DNA of 62,747 bases, filler included, from Aduncisulcus paluster (GCA_024181965.1; 5 parts of 5 records of this genome joined end to end with filler, not necessarily neighbours in it), one strand, 5' to 3'. Positions 9,887 through 21,543 are shown, counted from the whole stretch's first letter. The notes: a model not told the origin generated them from the letters alone. Made by a program: numbers and translations.

Positions 9887-12800
9887 TTATTCCATGTCGT
9901 CTTCATTCTCCCTTAACCAGAACATAAGCTCATCTTTTCTCTCTTCGGGTGATAATATTTTGGCATCTTCAACACTTCGCCCACAAACACGACAGGATCC
10001 AGAAATACCACACACTTCTTTCTTGGGCACTTCACCATCCATCCACAGACATCCACAACCGGCACATTCGGCCCAACGCTCGGCTTTAGACAATCCACCA
10101 CTCATGTGCTTACCACTGAAGAAGCACATAGGAAGTAGAGATAAACACTTATCACACTTCAAGGCAAACTCAGGTACCTGTATTCCACACACAGGGCATT
10201 CGGAGGTCTGAGGAGGCTTGTCAAGGCAATCTGCAGCTCCTTTCCGGTGACGTCTGACAACACTTTCAATCTTTTTACGGTGGGGGGCATCAACCTCCTT
10301 CACAAGATCACGATCACGGAGCAAAACACGGGCAAAGTGGAATGCAGTTTCCCTTAGCTTGGCCTTATGACACCACATCACAGCTATGGTCAGTACTTGG
10401 GACTGGTGAAGGGGGAAGAGAGAGAGCTGTTCAGCACATCTGGCAATGCAATGGCCAGCACACTCAAATTGGTTCATGGCATATCGTAGCTTGGCTTTAT
10501 CCATGGAGGAGAACTTTGGTTTGGCAGGAGCCTCTGTGTCTCCTTGGGGATCTTTCTTCCCCAGATTACTAATTTTGATAGCTCCAGCGTCTTTAACGCA
10601 CTGTCTAGAGAGTGAATAGGACTGAAGAGTGTTGATCAAGGCTAAAGAAGACTGTGGGAGGTTTAATCCTGCATGGAGGAACTGGTATACATTGGATGTG
10701 GCCAAATCGGCAGGAACAGCTTCTTTCTCGCGAGAAGTTGACATCAATTTGCGATCCTTGGAGGTGGCTTCACGCACACGATCCCTGATCTCTTTCACAC
10801 ATTCCCATCCATACTGCCTGGCCAAAGAGTATTTCCCACAATTACTAATAGATCTTATGTAATGGGCAATGAGGTGATCAGTTGGTTCGCAAAGACTTAA
10901 TGTCAGAGAGAAAACATGTCGACCACGAGTAAGCAGAGAAGAAGAGAGGGAAGTGAGACGTGTCATACGAGCGACAAATGAAGGGGCTTTCCCGTCTCCA
11001 ATCTGTTTGATTCCTTCATCCTTCCGCCGTTTAATCTCTACCTCTTCTTCTCTTATCTTCTCTTCTTCCTCTTCCCATTGGATCTTGCCAGCTTTCGTCT
11101 CTTTCTCTTCTTCATTCTTCAAAAAGTGGAGCACCTTATATCCGACTTCCCGTGCACGAGCACTCTCTCCTTTCTCCATGAGCTGATGGACAGCAGAAAC
11201 AACCTTATCGACATCTCCATGATGCTGAACAACAAGCATGCTCATCTCCTTGACAGCACCACACCTCGCATAGCACTCAACAGCAAGAGAAATGAGATGC
11301 TCCGAACTATACTCGGGTTGCTCTGCTGATCCCTTGGAATCCTTGGATTTATGGGAGACAGGGCGAACATTCTGACCAATCACACTGCGTCTGCCACTTC
11401 CAGACTCCATTTGAGTCCCTTTCTCTTCGAAGAACTGTCCAAGCAGTTTCAATTGCTTGGATGTGGCATGTTTCCCAGTGCTTTTCAGAATCATCTCCAT
11501 CTCAGCAACACCGCCAGCAGGAGATGGATCACTTCTTCCAGCCTTCTGGGCCAGATCCCAGGCTTTATCCCACTCTCCACACGGTACATACATCTCAATA
11601 GCTCCAAGGATATTCGAGGTATGCTCACAGTAACGAGCTAGCTTATACAGAGCCTTCTTATCGTCGGAGAGAGACATGGCGCTGGAGGCAACACTTGAAC
11701 TGGCTGAGGGTGCGGAAGAGGAAGAGGAAGAGGAAGAGGAAGCACGAGACCTGGCAAGCATGGGCGTTAACAACTTATATTTCTTCTTTTGAACAGTATC
11801 TTTGGAAGCAATCTCAGGTTTCCCCTCCTTCCCCTCTCCGTCACCTTCAAGGTCTTCCTTTGGCAATATTTCTCCGCCTTTTTTCCTTCTTCTATCCTTC
11901 AATAGACGCCTAACGAGACTGAATGCATCGTCTTCTTTCCTCATCTTATTAATCAATACACTAACTGCACCACTGACACATCCAGCGGCTTCATAGAGGC
12001 TGACAGCTTGTAGAAGATGGCCTGCCTGCTCTGCACAGCGAGCAATATGGATAAGGGTGGATGAAGAAAGAGCGGACTTGCTATCAGGTCCNNNNNNNNN
12101 NNNNNNNNNNNTTCCCCTCCTTCCCCTCTCCGTCACCTTCAAGGTCTTCCTTTGGCAATATTTCTCCGCCTTTTTTCCTTCTTCTATCCTTCAATAGACG
12201 CCTAACGAGACTGAATGCATCGTCTTCTTTCCTCATCTTATTAATCAATACACTAACTGCACCACTGACACATCCAGCGGCTTCATAGAGGCTGACAGCT
12301 TGTAGAAGATGGCCTGCCTGCTCTGCACAGCGAGCAATATGGATAAGGGTGGATGAAGAAAGAGCGGACTTGCTATCAGGTCCTTGGTATCCCTGTCCGA
12401 TGGCAGTGTACATACTCAGTTCGACCATACGGAGCGAGGAAGGAAGAGAGGCAGTGGAAGAGTACATCTTTGACAGAGAACTCAGAAGGGATGGAGAACA
12501 TGAAGGAAAGGTTGGGAGAGTTGAAGGATCTACAGACGAGTGAAGAAGATGAGCGTATTTCTTCTTTGAGTCAGAACTTCCAATAGATCCTTCATTCTCT
12601 TCGCTCTCTTCAACTTTTCTTCTCTTCCTTCTCTCAGTCGCTAACACAATGGCGTTGTATTCTTTCAATTGTTCGACAGCTCCTCTCTTCTCTCTTACCA
12701 TCGTTACAAGATCCATGAGACCCATTGTTTCACACATGGATATGCACTCGCATAGGAGTCGAATATGAGTGTCGGGGAGAAGAATATTGGAAATACAACC

Positions 12801-13790
12801 CTTGTCAGCTTTGTCATTGATGTTATGGATCACACTATAACCTTTGCGAAGGAACCCACCTTCGAGGGGAGTGGGACGAAGGTTTGGAGTACCTGAGGAA
12901 AGGGAGGAGAGCTTAGAGAAAGACAGAGAAGAGTCAGAGTCATGTTCAAGGATTGTCACGTCTCCAATAACCATGTCACTGATGGAGCTTCTTGCACCAA
13001 CACTCACAGAGCAACGAAGGGAGAGAGAGAGGACTCGGAACAGGAAGTTGTCCTCTTCTTCATACTCGGGGGACATACAATTGACAGTGTTACACTCAGC
13101 CGAAGCACCTAAAGTCGTTGATTTAGACCCATCTTTGGTGAACAACAAGGGATAATTCAGTTCTAATGGGAAAACTGGACCTCCAGTCGCTGGATCATCG
13201 TGTGTTTCATCATCCTCATGCCTGTCACACTTGGCTTTTCGCACTCCCACTGCTTGGGCGTAAGCAAGAGGTGTGATATCGGGGTTGAGTCTTCCTAACT
13301 CAAGGATCTTTTGCATCAGTTTTGAGACCAGCATTTGCGCCTTCCGAGTCTCTCCAATGACCTCAAGATGTTCGGCATATTCCAACTGAATGACATCAAC
13401 TAAATGGGGAGCAACTTCGGGAGCAACGAGAAGAGCATCATCCCAACGTTGAATATCACGCAATAACATCACACCCCGTTCAGGACAAGTGGATGAAAGC
13501 AAGAATTCTTTTGCTTGAGCGAAGCGACCAAGAAGCACCGAGAGTGTTCCACGGATAATATTGAAATCACTTTCACTACAAAGAGATGACATCAACAGTG
13601 ATAGCGAGAGCGTAATGTTATTCACTGAGGGTGCACTATCTACCGAGGAACTGACAGGTCTACGTTCTGGCTCATCCTCATCCCCCAAGGTATCTTTGGG
13701 AGCAAAAGCAAACCACTTCATGTGTTGACTCATGTCAGCCATGTCAACGGCAACAGAGTCACCGCTGAGCTGGGAGAGCTGATTCAACAC
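9887..13790 (-). CDS. WDR19: IFT144/WDR19 intraflagellar transport protein, C-terminal part (5' end cut by contig break; split by gap duplication at 12092-12111)
   Basis: FAQAKEFLLSSTCPERGVMLLRDIQRWDDALLVA..IQLEYAEHLE and FPLHQSQVLTIAVMWCHKAKLRETAFHFA..KKIESVVRR..CPVC..CDKC..LPMCFFSGKHM match IFT144. The two ORFs overlap through a duplication offset by 292 nt. Confidence 0.9.
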
Positions 13791-13890
13791 NNNNNNNNNN
13801 NNNNNNNNNNNNNNNNNNNNNNNNNNNNNNNNNNTTAATTAATTAANNNNNNNNNNNNNNNNNNNNNNNNNNNNNNNNNNNNNNNNNNNN
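13791..13890. other. Artificial contig linker (N44-TTAATTAATTAA-N44)
   Basis: Six-frame stop linker at 13835-13846. Confidence 0.97.
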
Positions 13891-16780
13891 ATTCTTTCTG
13901 TTCGTCCGTCGCGTGTTCACTCTCCATGATGGCCGTTAAAGTTTCCTCTGTGTCCTTTCTCAAGGCAGCTTGGTTTTTCCTGAGACCTTCGGCTATCGCT
14001 TCGACTGATTTGGTGATTGACTTCTTGGTTGTTTCCAAGTCAAGTTCCAGGCGCTCTTTCAAGGACTTCATCTGTTGTCTCGCCTTATCATCGATGGTCA
14101 TCAGGAATGCAGGCACTGATCCTTTTATCCAGCCCTGTTTGTTCAGGAGAACTCGTCGCACCGCTCTCCTGGTGCCCGCCACTGTGTGTTGAGATGGAAC
14201 GCTGCAACCCAAACCTCCTTGATTGACGGCCAGGGGAATCTGAGACTTCGGCAAATTGTGTAATTCAAACGCTTCTGCAATGATTGTACTATACTCCGCG
14301 TCATGCTTCTTCACTTCCTCCCAGTTCACCGGTGTGTTCTCCCTTGCATATGCCTCTCTTTTGAGAATAGAGTTCCTGAGGTATACATAGAAATGTTCCA
14401 GGCCCAGCATTTTCTTGAGCTTCTTGGTTTCTTTGAGGTTCTGCTCAAACAACTTCTGCATCATCTCATCCGCTTCCTCATCCGTTTCACTGATCCATAC
14501 TCCCATCAGCTTGGCACATGTGACAAACTTCGCTCCTTCCAGTTGCCTAGATGCTTCCGGGCCGTACTTGTGCAGATGCAAGACCTTGCATTTTTCCGGA
14601 TTGAAATGGAGACCAATGTCTGCCATCCTTTTTCGCAGGAGGGTAAAAACATTGGAGTTCTTCGAGGGAAGACGCAGTAACAGCAATGTCGTCCAGGTAT
14701 GCAGTGACCTTCGGGATGTTTAACTCGAACTGGTGCTCTGTATCCTCGTGTTTCCAGCTGCCTTTGTACTTCCAGTTCCTGCCAACTTGCCAGCCTCCTT
14801 CAGGGGGTCATTTATGCTATAGGAGAACTCGAGAGGGCTCAGGGGGTTGCCTTGGGGGACTCCTCTTGCTGGAATAAACAAATCCTCAGCGGTAGCAAGG
14901 TAACGGTCTGCCACATTTGAGTATACACGTTGTTTCAGCTCTCTACTAAGGGGTAAGGCCTCTAATCCATCCGCCACTGTGTCAAGATGTAAGTTGTCAA
15001 ACGCTCCTTTAATGTCGCATAGCAGAAGATAGCAGTTTTGATTCGTTCTGCGTGCAACTTCTGTGGCCATGTGAACTACGTTGATTGCATAAGCAGCCCC
15101 ATCTTTGACACCCACTCCAAATTGAGATTTGTAGAGTTTTGACATGATATGGGGTTGCACGTGTTCGTACAGCACCTTGGAAGTAAATTTCTTCAGCATG
15201 GAGTCACAAGCGATAATTCTGATTCCTCCCTTGACGTCTGGGTTATCAGAAGCCTTCCGTAGAGCAGGGGCTCTTGCGGTGTTATATTCGATGCATGTCT
15301 TCTTTCCTTTCAGAACCTCAATGACTGCTCCTGTCACCACAGTTTTGGCAAGTCCTCCTCCTTTCTTCTTGTGGACCGCACATTTGATTACGCTCGAGTT
15401 TATGCCGTCACACGCACCTGCTACTCCCCATTTTGTGTCCTCTATAACCGCTTCAATATCTTCTGCTTGGACCTTAAGTCTTCCACCTTTCTCTTGTCCG
15501 CTCCAGAAAGAGTCTCCCATTCCACCAGTGCCGTCAGTGAAGTGTCTCGTTGCGAAAGCAGAGTGCTTCCATGGGGTTTCCTTGTGAGCTGCTAAACTTA
15601 AGGTTGCAGTCAAGTCGGCTCCTGTGACTTTAGTTGTGTCCGCCGTAGAGTATCTGACATTTGATAAGCGTCTGTCTTGGATGGCCTGATTCATTTTCGC
15701 CCCTCTCTGTTCCTTTTTCTTTTCCTCCCGTTCACTTTTTGACAGTTTGGGTTTTGGAATAGCCTTATCTTCACTGGTAGGTGCAATTGTAGGGCGCATG
15801 TGGGGGATCATCTTTCTCATTGCTTTGTGGTATATCTCCTGGTATGTTAAGGTCTGATTTTTTGGTAATTTTGATGATTCTTGATATATTTCTTTCAAGA
15901 TTCCAACAAGTTGGCCCAACTTAGTTGGGTCGCTCTTATATTCTCTCCATTTAATCTGTTGTTAGGGGGTGTGATGCCCTTATAACACATTTTTCCTGTT
16001 TCATCGAAAAGTTCCTTCTTTTTCTCCACCTCCAAAGCCTCCTGCACCTCTGTGACCTTCCTTTCCGCTTCCATTCGACATTGAGTCATCAGGACGGATA
16101 GTTTTTCACGAGTGTCCGCTATAGACGTCTTCCATCCAAATTGTTGTCTCAGGTTGTGCCAAAAGTAACTTACCTTTGGATTTTCCTCCATCTTTTTCAC
16201 AACTTGTTGAAAAGTTGCCATTTGGGTGCTGGGAGTGTAGGGAGCGTAGTAGTGTCGGAATAAACTTCTTCATCGGTACTTCTAGTCCAATCCACAGTTG
16301 AGAGAGTTGTTTTTGTACTTGTTGAGTCATGTATAAAAGTTACGAAATGNNNNNNNNNNNNNNNNNNNNTTCACGAGTGTCCGCTATAGACGTCTTCCAT
16401 CCAAATTGTTGTCTCAGGTTGTGCCAAAAGTAACTTACCTTTGGATTTTCCTCCATCTTTTTCACAACTTGTTGAAAAGTTGCCATTTGGGTGCTGGGAG
16501 TGTAGGGAGCGTAGTAGTGTCGGAATAAACTTCTTCATCGGTACTTCTAGTCCAATCCACAGTTGAGAGAGTTGTTTTTGTACTTGTTGAGTCATGTATA
16601 AAAGTTACGAAATGTTTCTTCGTCTAGCTTATAAATTCGCTTTGCATCGTCAGAATTTATACCTAGAATTTTAAGCAAAAAGTTAAATAAAATAATATTG
16701 TTGATATTTTCGAGTTCTAAACCTTTGTAGGGGTCGAGGGAAACGCCTCGTTCCGAACCAACAGTTAACGTCATAATTGA
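13891..16780 (-). mobile_element. Degenerate non-LTR retrotransposon, CRE/SLACS-like reverse transcriptase; 3' end lost at contig break
   Basis: RT motifs GGIRIIAC, QFGVGVKDG, CDIKGAFDNL, GVPQGNPLSP, AYLDD (14688-14699), IGLHFNPEKC and post-RT PLAVNQGGLG. Coding sequence is broken over several frames. Confidence 0.85.
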
Positions 16781-17036
16781 CGGATTACGGTCGTTGAAAA
16801 CCTTCCTTTGTTAAAAAAACCCCGAAAAAATCGATGTGTGCCTATTTTCGATCTCGCGAACGTGCCACAATCATCGGATGGAATTTTATCTCAAGAATTA
16901 TGCATCTTAGATATTTATTTGGGATTAAACATTTTTTAAAATGGACCCATTAGAAATATTTCATCATAAAATCTATCAAACATCTTGAAAATGAATGGAT
17001 TGAGATGATTGAAACTTTTCTATTGTTTGGACAGCG

Positions 17037-18539
17037 ATGGCAAGCATTTTATTTGAACACAGTGATTCTGTGCTTGGTATAACTGGATCTCCAATATCTC
17101 CACAACTTTTATTGAGCTGTGGAATTGATGAAATTGCATACTTAATCGATGGGTCGTCTGGAGAATCTTTATGCAAGTTTGATAAACATACTGACTCTGT
17201 TGCTGCAGGATCATTCTCTCATGATGGTATGTTAGTTGCTACTGCCGGATTAGACAATAGAGTTTTTGTGTGGGCTGCAGAGACGAATGAAGAATATAAT
17301 TTAACTCAAGGACAGTTATTATTCGAATGTGATGGTCCAGAAGGTGGTGTTGATACCATTGTATTCCATCCTAAGGCTCATTTACTCCTTGCGTGTTCTG
17401 AAGATTGTAATTGTTGGATTTGGAATGTCCAACTTAAAAAACCTAAATCCAAATCTAAAAAATCAAAGACCAAATATCCTTTACCTGCACCAGTCGTTTG
17501 TCTTCTCTGCGGGCATACAAATGCCTTGTCCTCTGGGGCTTTCACTCCTGATGGTAAACGTGTCATCACCACATCATATGATGGTTCAGTCTGCATGTGG
17601 AATCCTTCAACATCAACATGTGTTACTAAGCTTACTGGAAATGCCCATTTCCATGGTTCAGCATGTCCTGGTATAATATCTCAGGATACCATCTCCACTG
17701 CCAATCCTTCGTCCTTCATCCTCTTGACCGGTGCTGACGATGGGACTGTTACGATGAGCATGGGCAGTACCGAAAGTGATGTTCTCAAGGTTATCAAGAG
17801 ATTGCCTGCTCACGCTGGGAAATTCTCCCAAGCCGTCCTCAGTTCGGATCCTCTTCATGGCGATGCCATGTCATTATCATCCTCGCTTGATATGACTAGC
17901 GGAGGCGGGGACGGTTGTAGTGTTGAGGGAATCAAGTGTGTGATGTTTGGAAAAATTCGACTATCTATTAGTATTGGAATGGACGGTGTTTGCATCGTCA
18001 GTGATACCGTTTCTGGCCGGGTAAGATTTGTGGCACGTGCATCTGAGTTCTTGAACCCCCTTTGTGTTGAAAGAGACAAAATGGAGAAAAAGTTTATTGA
18101 AGAAATGGAAGAAATGAAAGAGTTGGAAATGATTGGGAAAGTAGAGGAAGAAAAGGAGAAGGAAAGAGAGAAGGAGAAAGAAAAAGAAGAGGAGGGGAAA
18201 GAAGAAGAAAAAGAAGAGGAGGAGGAGAAAGAAGAAAAATCGGAAGACGAGGAAGGCGAAAAGAAACCTGAAGACGAATATCGCCCTGAAAACATTGGAT
18301 ATACTCACATTGCAGAAATATATGGAACAACAAAATTTGCTCTAACTCGAACTGATGGAGTTATTGATATTCTCGATTATAAATTGTCAAAGATTGTAAA
18401 ACATATTCCCGTACACGCTGATGTGATTAACGATGTGTTTGTCATTGCTAAGCAGGATGAAGCTCCATATTTGGCCACTGCTGGTGATGATGGTGCTGTG
18501 ATGTTGGTCGATCTGTCTGAATTCCAAAAGAAAGAATAA
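17037..18539 (+). CDS. WD40 protein, AAMP/Sqt1-like
   Basis: HSDSV, HTDSVAAGSFSHDGMLVATAGLD, FHPKAHLLLACSED..WIW, GHTNALSSGAFTPDGKRVITTSYDGSVCMWNP; Glu-rich insertion near the C-terminus. Confidence 0.75.
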   Translation: MASILFEHSDSVLGITGSPISPQLLLSCGIDEIAYLIDGSSGESLCKFDKHTDSVAAGSFSHDGMLVATAGLDNRVFVWAAETNEEYNLTQGQLLFECDGPEGGVDTIVFHPKAHLLLACSEDCNCWIWNVQLKKPKSKSKKSKTKYPLPAPVVCLLCGHTNALSSGAFTPDGKRVITTSYDGSVCMWNPSTSTCVTKLTGNAHFHGSACPGIISQDTISTANPSSFILLTGADDGTVTMSMGSTESDVLKVIKRLPAHAGKFSQAVLSSDPLHGDAMSLSSSLDMTSGGGDGCSVEGIKCVMFGKIRLSISIGMDGVCIVSDTVSGRVRFVARASEFLNPLCVERDKMEKKFIEEMEEMKELEMIGKVEEEKEKEREKEKEKEEEGKEEEKEEEEEKEEKSEDEEGEKKPEDEYRPENIGYTHIAEIYGTTKFALTRTDGVIDILDYKLSKIVKHIPVHADVINDVFVIAKQDEAPYLATAGDDGAVMLVDLSEFQKKE

Positions 18540-18697
18540 AAACATAAAATTTATCTTTAAAATGTCGTCAGTTTGATGTCGATGTTGGCGTAAGGCAGAC
18601 CCCTGCCAGGGAATCACAGTATGATCGAAATGAGTTTTGATTTTTTTTTTTCGGTTCCAAGAATCATATTTTATTAAAAATAATATTTTCACTATAT

Positions 18698-19192
18698 ATG
18701 GAAGATATACATCCTCTATCCCACCAATGGAAGCTATTTTATTTCCCTTCTGAAGCTACCAAATCGAATTGGCTTGATTCACTACGAATTCTCTTTTCTG
18801 CGAAAACTGTTGAAGATTTTTGGGCCCACTGGGGTCATATTAAGACTGTCAATTTATTGTCTTCGGCAAAAAAATCCTTATATTTCTTTAAAGATTCAAT
18901 CAAACCTGCTTATGAAGATAAAAAGAACTACGGAGCGTTTTCAATACGGATAAGAAGAGGGTATACCGGTCATGTATGGGAGATGTTAGTTTTGTGCCTT
19001 ATTGGTCAAGGATTCGCGCACTCTCACCTTGTCAATGGATGTTCTCTTGGCACAAAAGGAAGAGATTTTGATAAAATACGAATTTGGCTTGCCCCTTGTA
19101 GTGAAAGTGATAGGATGGAATTGTGGAAATCTTTGTCTGCGATGATGGATGCTGATATCAGTCTTCCTCCATTCGCTGAATTTATGCAGTAA
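18698..19192 (+). CDS. EIF4E: eIF4E-family cap-binding protein (short, variant)
   Basis: HPLSHQW, TVEDFW, YFFKDSIKPAYEDKKN, WEMLVLCLIG, VNG, DKIRIW. Confidence 0.9.
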   Translation: MEDIHPLSHQWKLFYFPSEATKSNWLDSLRILFSAKTVEDFWAHWGHIKTVNLLSSAKKSLYFFKDSIKPAYEDKKNYGAFSIRIRRGYTGHVWEMLVLCLIGQGFAHSHLVNGCSLGTKGRDFDKIRIWLAPCSESDRMELWKSLSAMMDADISLPPFAEFMQ

Positions 19193-19588
19193 ATAGCCAT
19201 TATTATCATATTATCTACTCGTAAACAACATGAATATTAACCTTTCAATGTATATTGAGCCGGACGAAGACCGTCCTAGATCTAACCACGCGCCTTCAAG
19301 ACCAATTCACTCTGGTAGTATTTATTGGGAGTTAATATTTTATAAATGAAAAAAGAATAAAATTCGATATTATAGTTTTATATTGTCTCAATATCACTTT
19401 GAAAGCAAATATGATGTCGTTTTCACACTGTGCATGATATACAAATTTTAGGCATACAAATATTTATAAAATCAAAAACCATTATCAATTATCATTGGTT
19501 TTATGTATTCTTTCTTTATTTTTGGTGCTTGGGTGAATAACTTTCCGAACAAGCAACCCGACAACTTCGACAACCCTGTTTTGAGACC

Positions 19589-21130
19589 ATGCCCTTCAAA
19601 ACGATTTCAGATTTAAAAGTGTCGGACCTTCCGACAGATTTTACTGTGACTTCTGATACCCAGTCCAGTAGTCATGGCCCCGAATCCCTAATTGATGGTG
19701 ATGTCTCTTCTTGGTGGCAATCATCCGGGTCCAAACCCCACAATGTATATTTCAAGTTTGCTAGAGCTCGTTGTATTGAAGGAGTTTATATGAATACCAA
19801 AAGTGGTGATGGGTCTTACCATCCTTCCAATATCACTCTTACTGTGAAAAAAGGTGGAGCTACTGTGGGTTCGGAGACCTTTACTTTGTCTTCCAAGGTT
19901 GATGGTTGGGGTGAAATGAGATTTGCCAAAGGATTGAATGGAGATGAACTCGTATTCGGTATTACCCAAAACTTCAGTTCTGGATGTGATTCAAAAGTCC
20001 ATTTATTATATCCTATTACAAAATCTGCATTCACAGAGTTTAAACGTCAGGAGCATCAAGAATATTTCCAGCTTGATATGATTTCTGCTATGCCCAATGA
20101 GTATGACAATCCTGCCACCGCTGCCATTAAGCTTAAATGCCCCCCTTCTCCACTTTTACCCAAACCTGATGTTCTTTTGTTCACTGAAGAGTCTGCTTTC
20201 CCAATCCATTCCTTTATCCTCTATGCTAGGTGTAAGGGTGAGGTTTTGAAGGATATTATGGCTCCTTTTGACAAAATGAAGGGCATAATCCCTGCGGTTT
20301 GCATGGCTAAATACTGTCCCGAGCCAGCCATGTGCCCATTCAAATTTGCTATTGATTTAACTGTTCTTAAGCATGAAGTTGTGAAATTTATTGGCTACTT
20401 CCTTTATACTGGAAAGTGTCGTCCATTTTTCATGTCAATTAACAAGATTGTTATGGATAATGCCGAGAACCTCGAAGAAGCTCACCGTGCCGTCGTTTCT
20501 TGGATTCCACCATACCGTGAAGCCAGTAAGATTTTGGGATGTGGTTCTCTCACCGATTTGACTGAGGGAGTCATGCTCAGGACTCAAACTGCCAGTGAAG
20601 ACTTCAATCCCGAGCTCATTCGTATGGGTATAGAGTCAGAATCTCACCTAGTCCACTCTGTCGTCCAAGCCATGATCAGGCGTAATGCCAAGGCTGTTCT
20701 TGATCGTGAATTGCACAAAGAACTTCCAAGGTCTTTCCTCGAGAGCTATATTGAAACCCTTTGGCGTGAAGTTCATCACGATGATGGTGAGGCGGCTTCT
20801 GAAGAAACTCACAAGACCTATGTATTCAAGCACACCGTTTATGCCCCAACTCTCGATTCTCGTCACGATGAAGTGGTTGAAGGAAGCATTGTTGCCATTG
20901 AACCCATTGGTTCTGAACCTGTTCACGGATGGGGCGAAGTTAAGAGAGGAGATGTGGGAAAGGTCACCGAAGTTATCGAAGACGAGGGAATTTTCCTCGT
21001 AGAATTCCAATCTGGCTCAATCGGCCAATTTACCCGAGCTGACCTTGAATTGCTGGCTGAGCCTTCTGAGGACTTCAGCGTTAGCGATCAAGAGGAATAT
21101 GTCTTGAAGACACAACATGAAGAAGAGTAA
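19589..21130 (+). CDS. DOC/APC10 + BTB + HERC2/KEG-type SH3-like domain protein
   Basis: WWQSSGSKPH..DGSYHPS..QNFSSGCDSKV (DOC); DVLLFTEESAFPIHSFILYARC..FLYTG (BTB); PVHGWGEVKRGDVGKV..VEF (SH3-like). Confidence 0.75.
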   Translation: MPFKTISDLKVSDLPTDFTVTSDTQSSSHGPESLIDGDVSSWWQSSGSKPHNVYFKFARARCIEGVYMNTKSGDGSYHPSNITLTVKKGGATVGSETFTLSSKVDGWGEMRFAKGLNGDELVFGITQNFSSGCDSKVHLLYPITKSAFTEFKRQEHQEYFQLDMISAMPNEYDNPATAAIKLKCPPSPLLPKPDVLLFTEESAFPIHSFILYARCKGEVLKDIMAPFDKMKGIIPAVCMAKYCPEPAMCPFKFAIDLTVLKHEVVKFIGYFLYTGKCRPFFMSINKIVMDNAENLEEAHRAVVSWIPPYREASKILGCGSLTDLTEGVMLRTQTASEDFNPELIRMGIESESHLVHSVVQAMIRRNAKAVLDRELHKELPRSFLESYIETLWREVHHDDGEAASEETHKTYVFKHTVYAPTLDSRHDEVVEGSIVAIEPIGSEPVHGWGEVKRGDVGKVTEVIEDEGIFLVEFQSGSIGQFTRADLELLAEPSEDFSVSDQEEYVLKTQHEEE

Positions 21131-21543
21131 ATAATTTGATTCTTGTCCGAAAGGATCTCTGTTAATGTCCAACTTGGTGATTTGAAATTCTACAAAAAGT
21201 GACCTGAGATCAAACCACAATTCAGAAAATTAATATCAAATTATTCAACTTTACTGGAATTCTAAATAGATTTTTCTTTCATATTCCAGAATTATTAAGA
21301 GATAGCTTTTTTTTTGCTTTTTTTCTTGACATTAAACGAATGAATGATAATATTCTTCTGTAAATCTCGAATATTATATTGTTTGTCCTGATATTTACTT
21401 TTCATCGTTCTTGATTTTGGTATGACCGGACTATACGAAGTGCGAAATAATTTTGTTCAACAATTCGTACCAAGAACTTCGTAGTATACTTTGTCTGCCA
21501 TTTAAAGTTCAGAAAAAGATATAATTCGGTTTCAAAATTTAAA

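Noticed and set aside
16106..16595. Two identical 74-aa ORFs suggesting LTRs or terminal repeats
   Set aside because: Gap-flanking duplication at 16350-16369; the RT is non-LTR type.
18590..18630. U1- or U6-like words (CCTGGCAGGGG on the minus strand; CCCCTGC on the plus strand)
   Set aside because: No contiguous ACTTAC 5' end, no U1-70K loop and no ACAGAG box; not callable as a spliceosomal snRNA.
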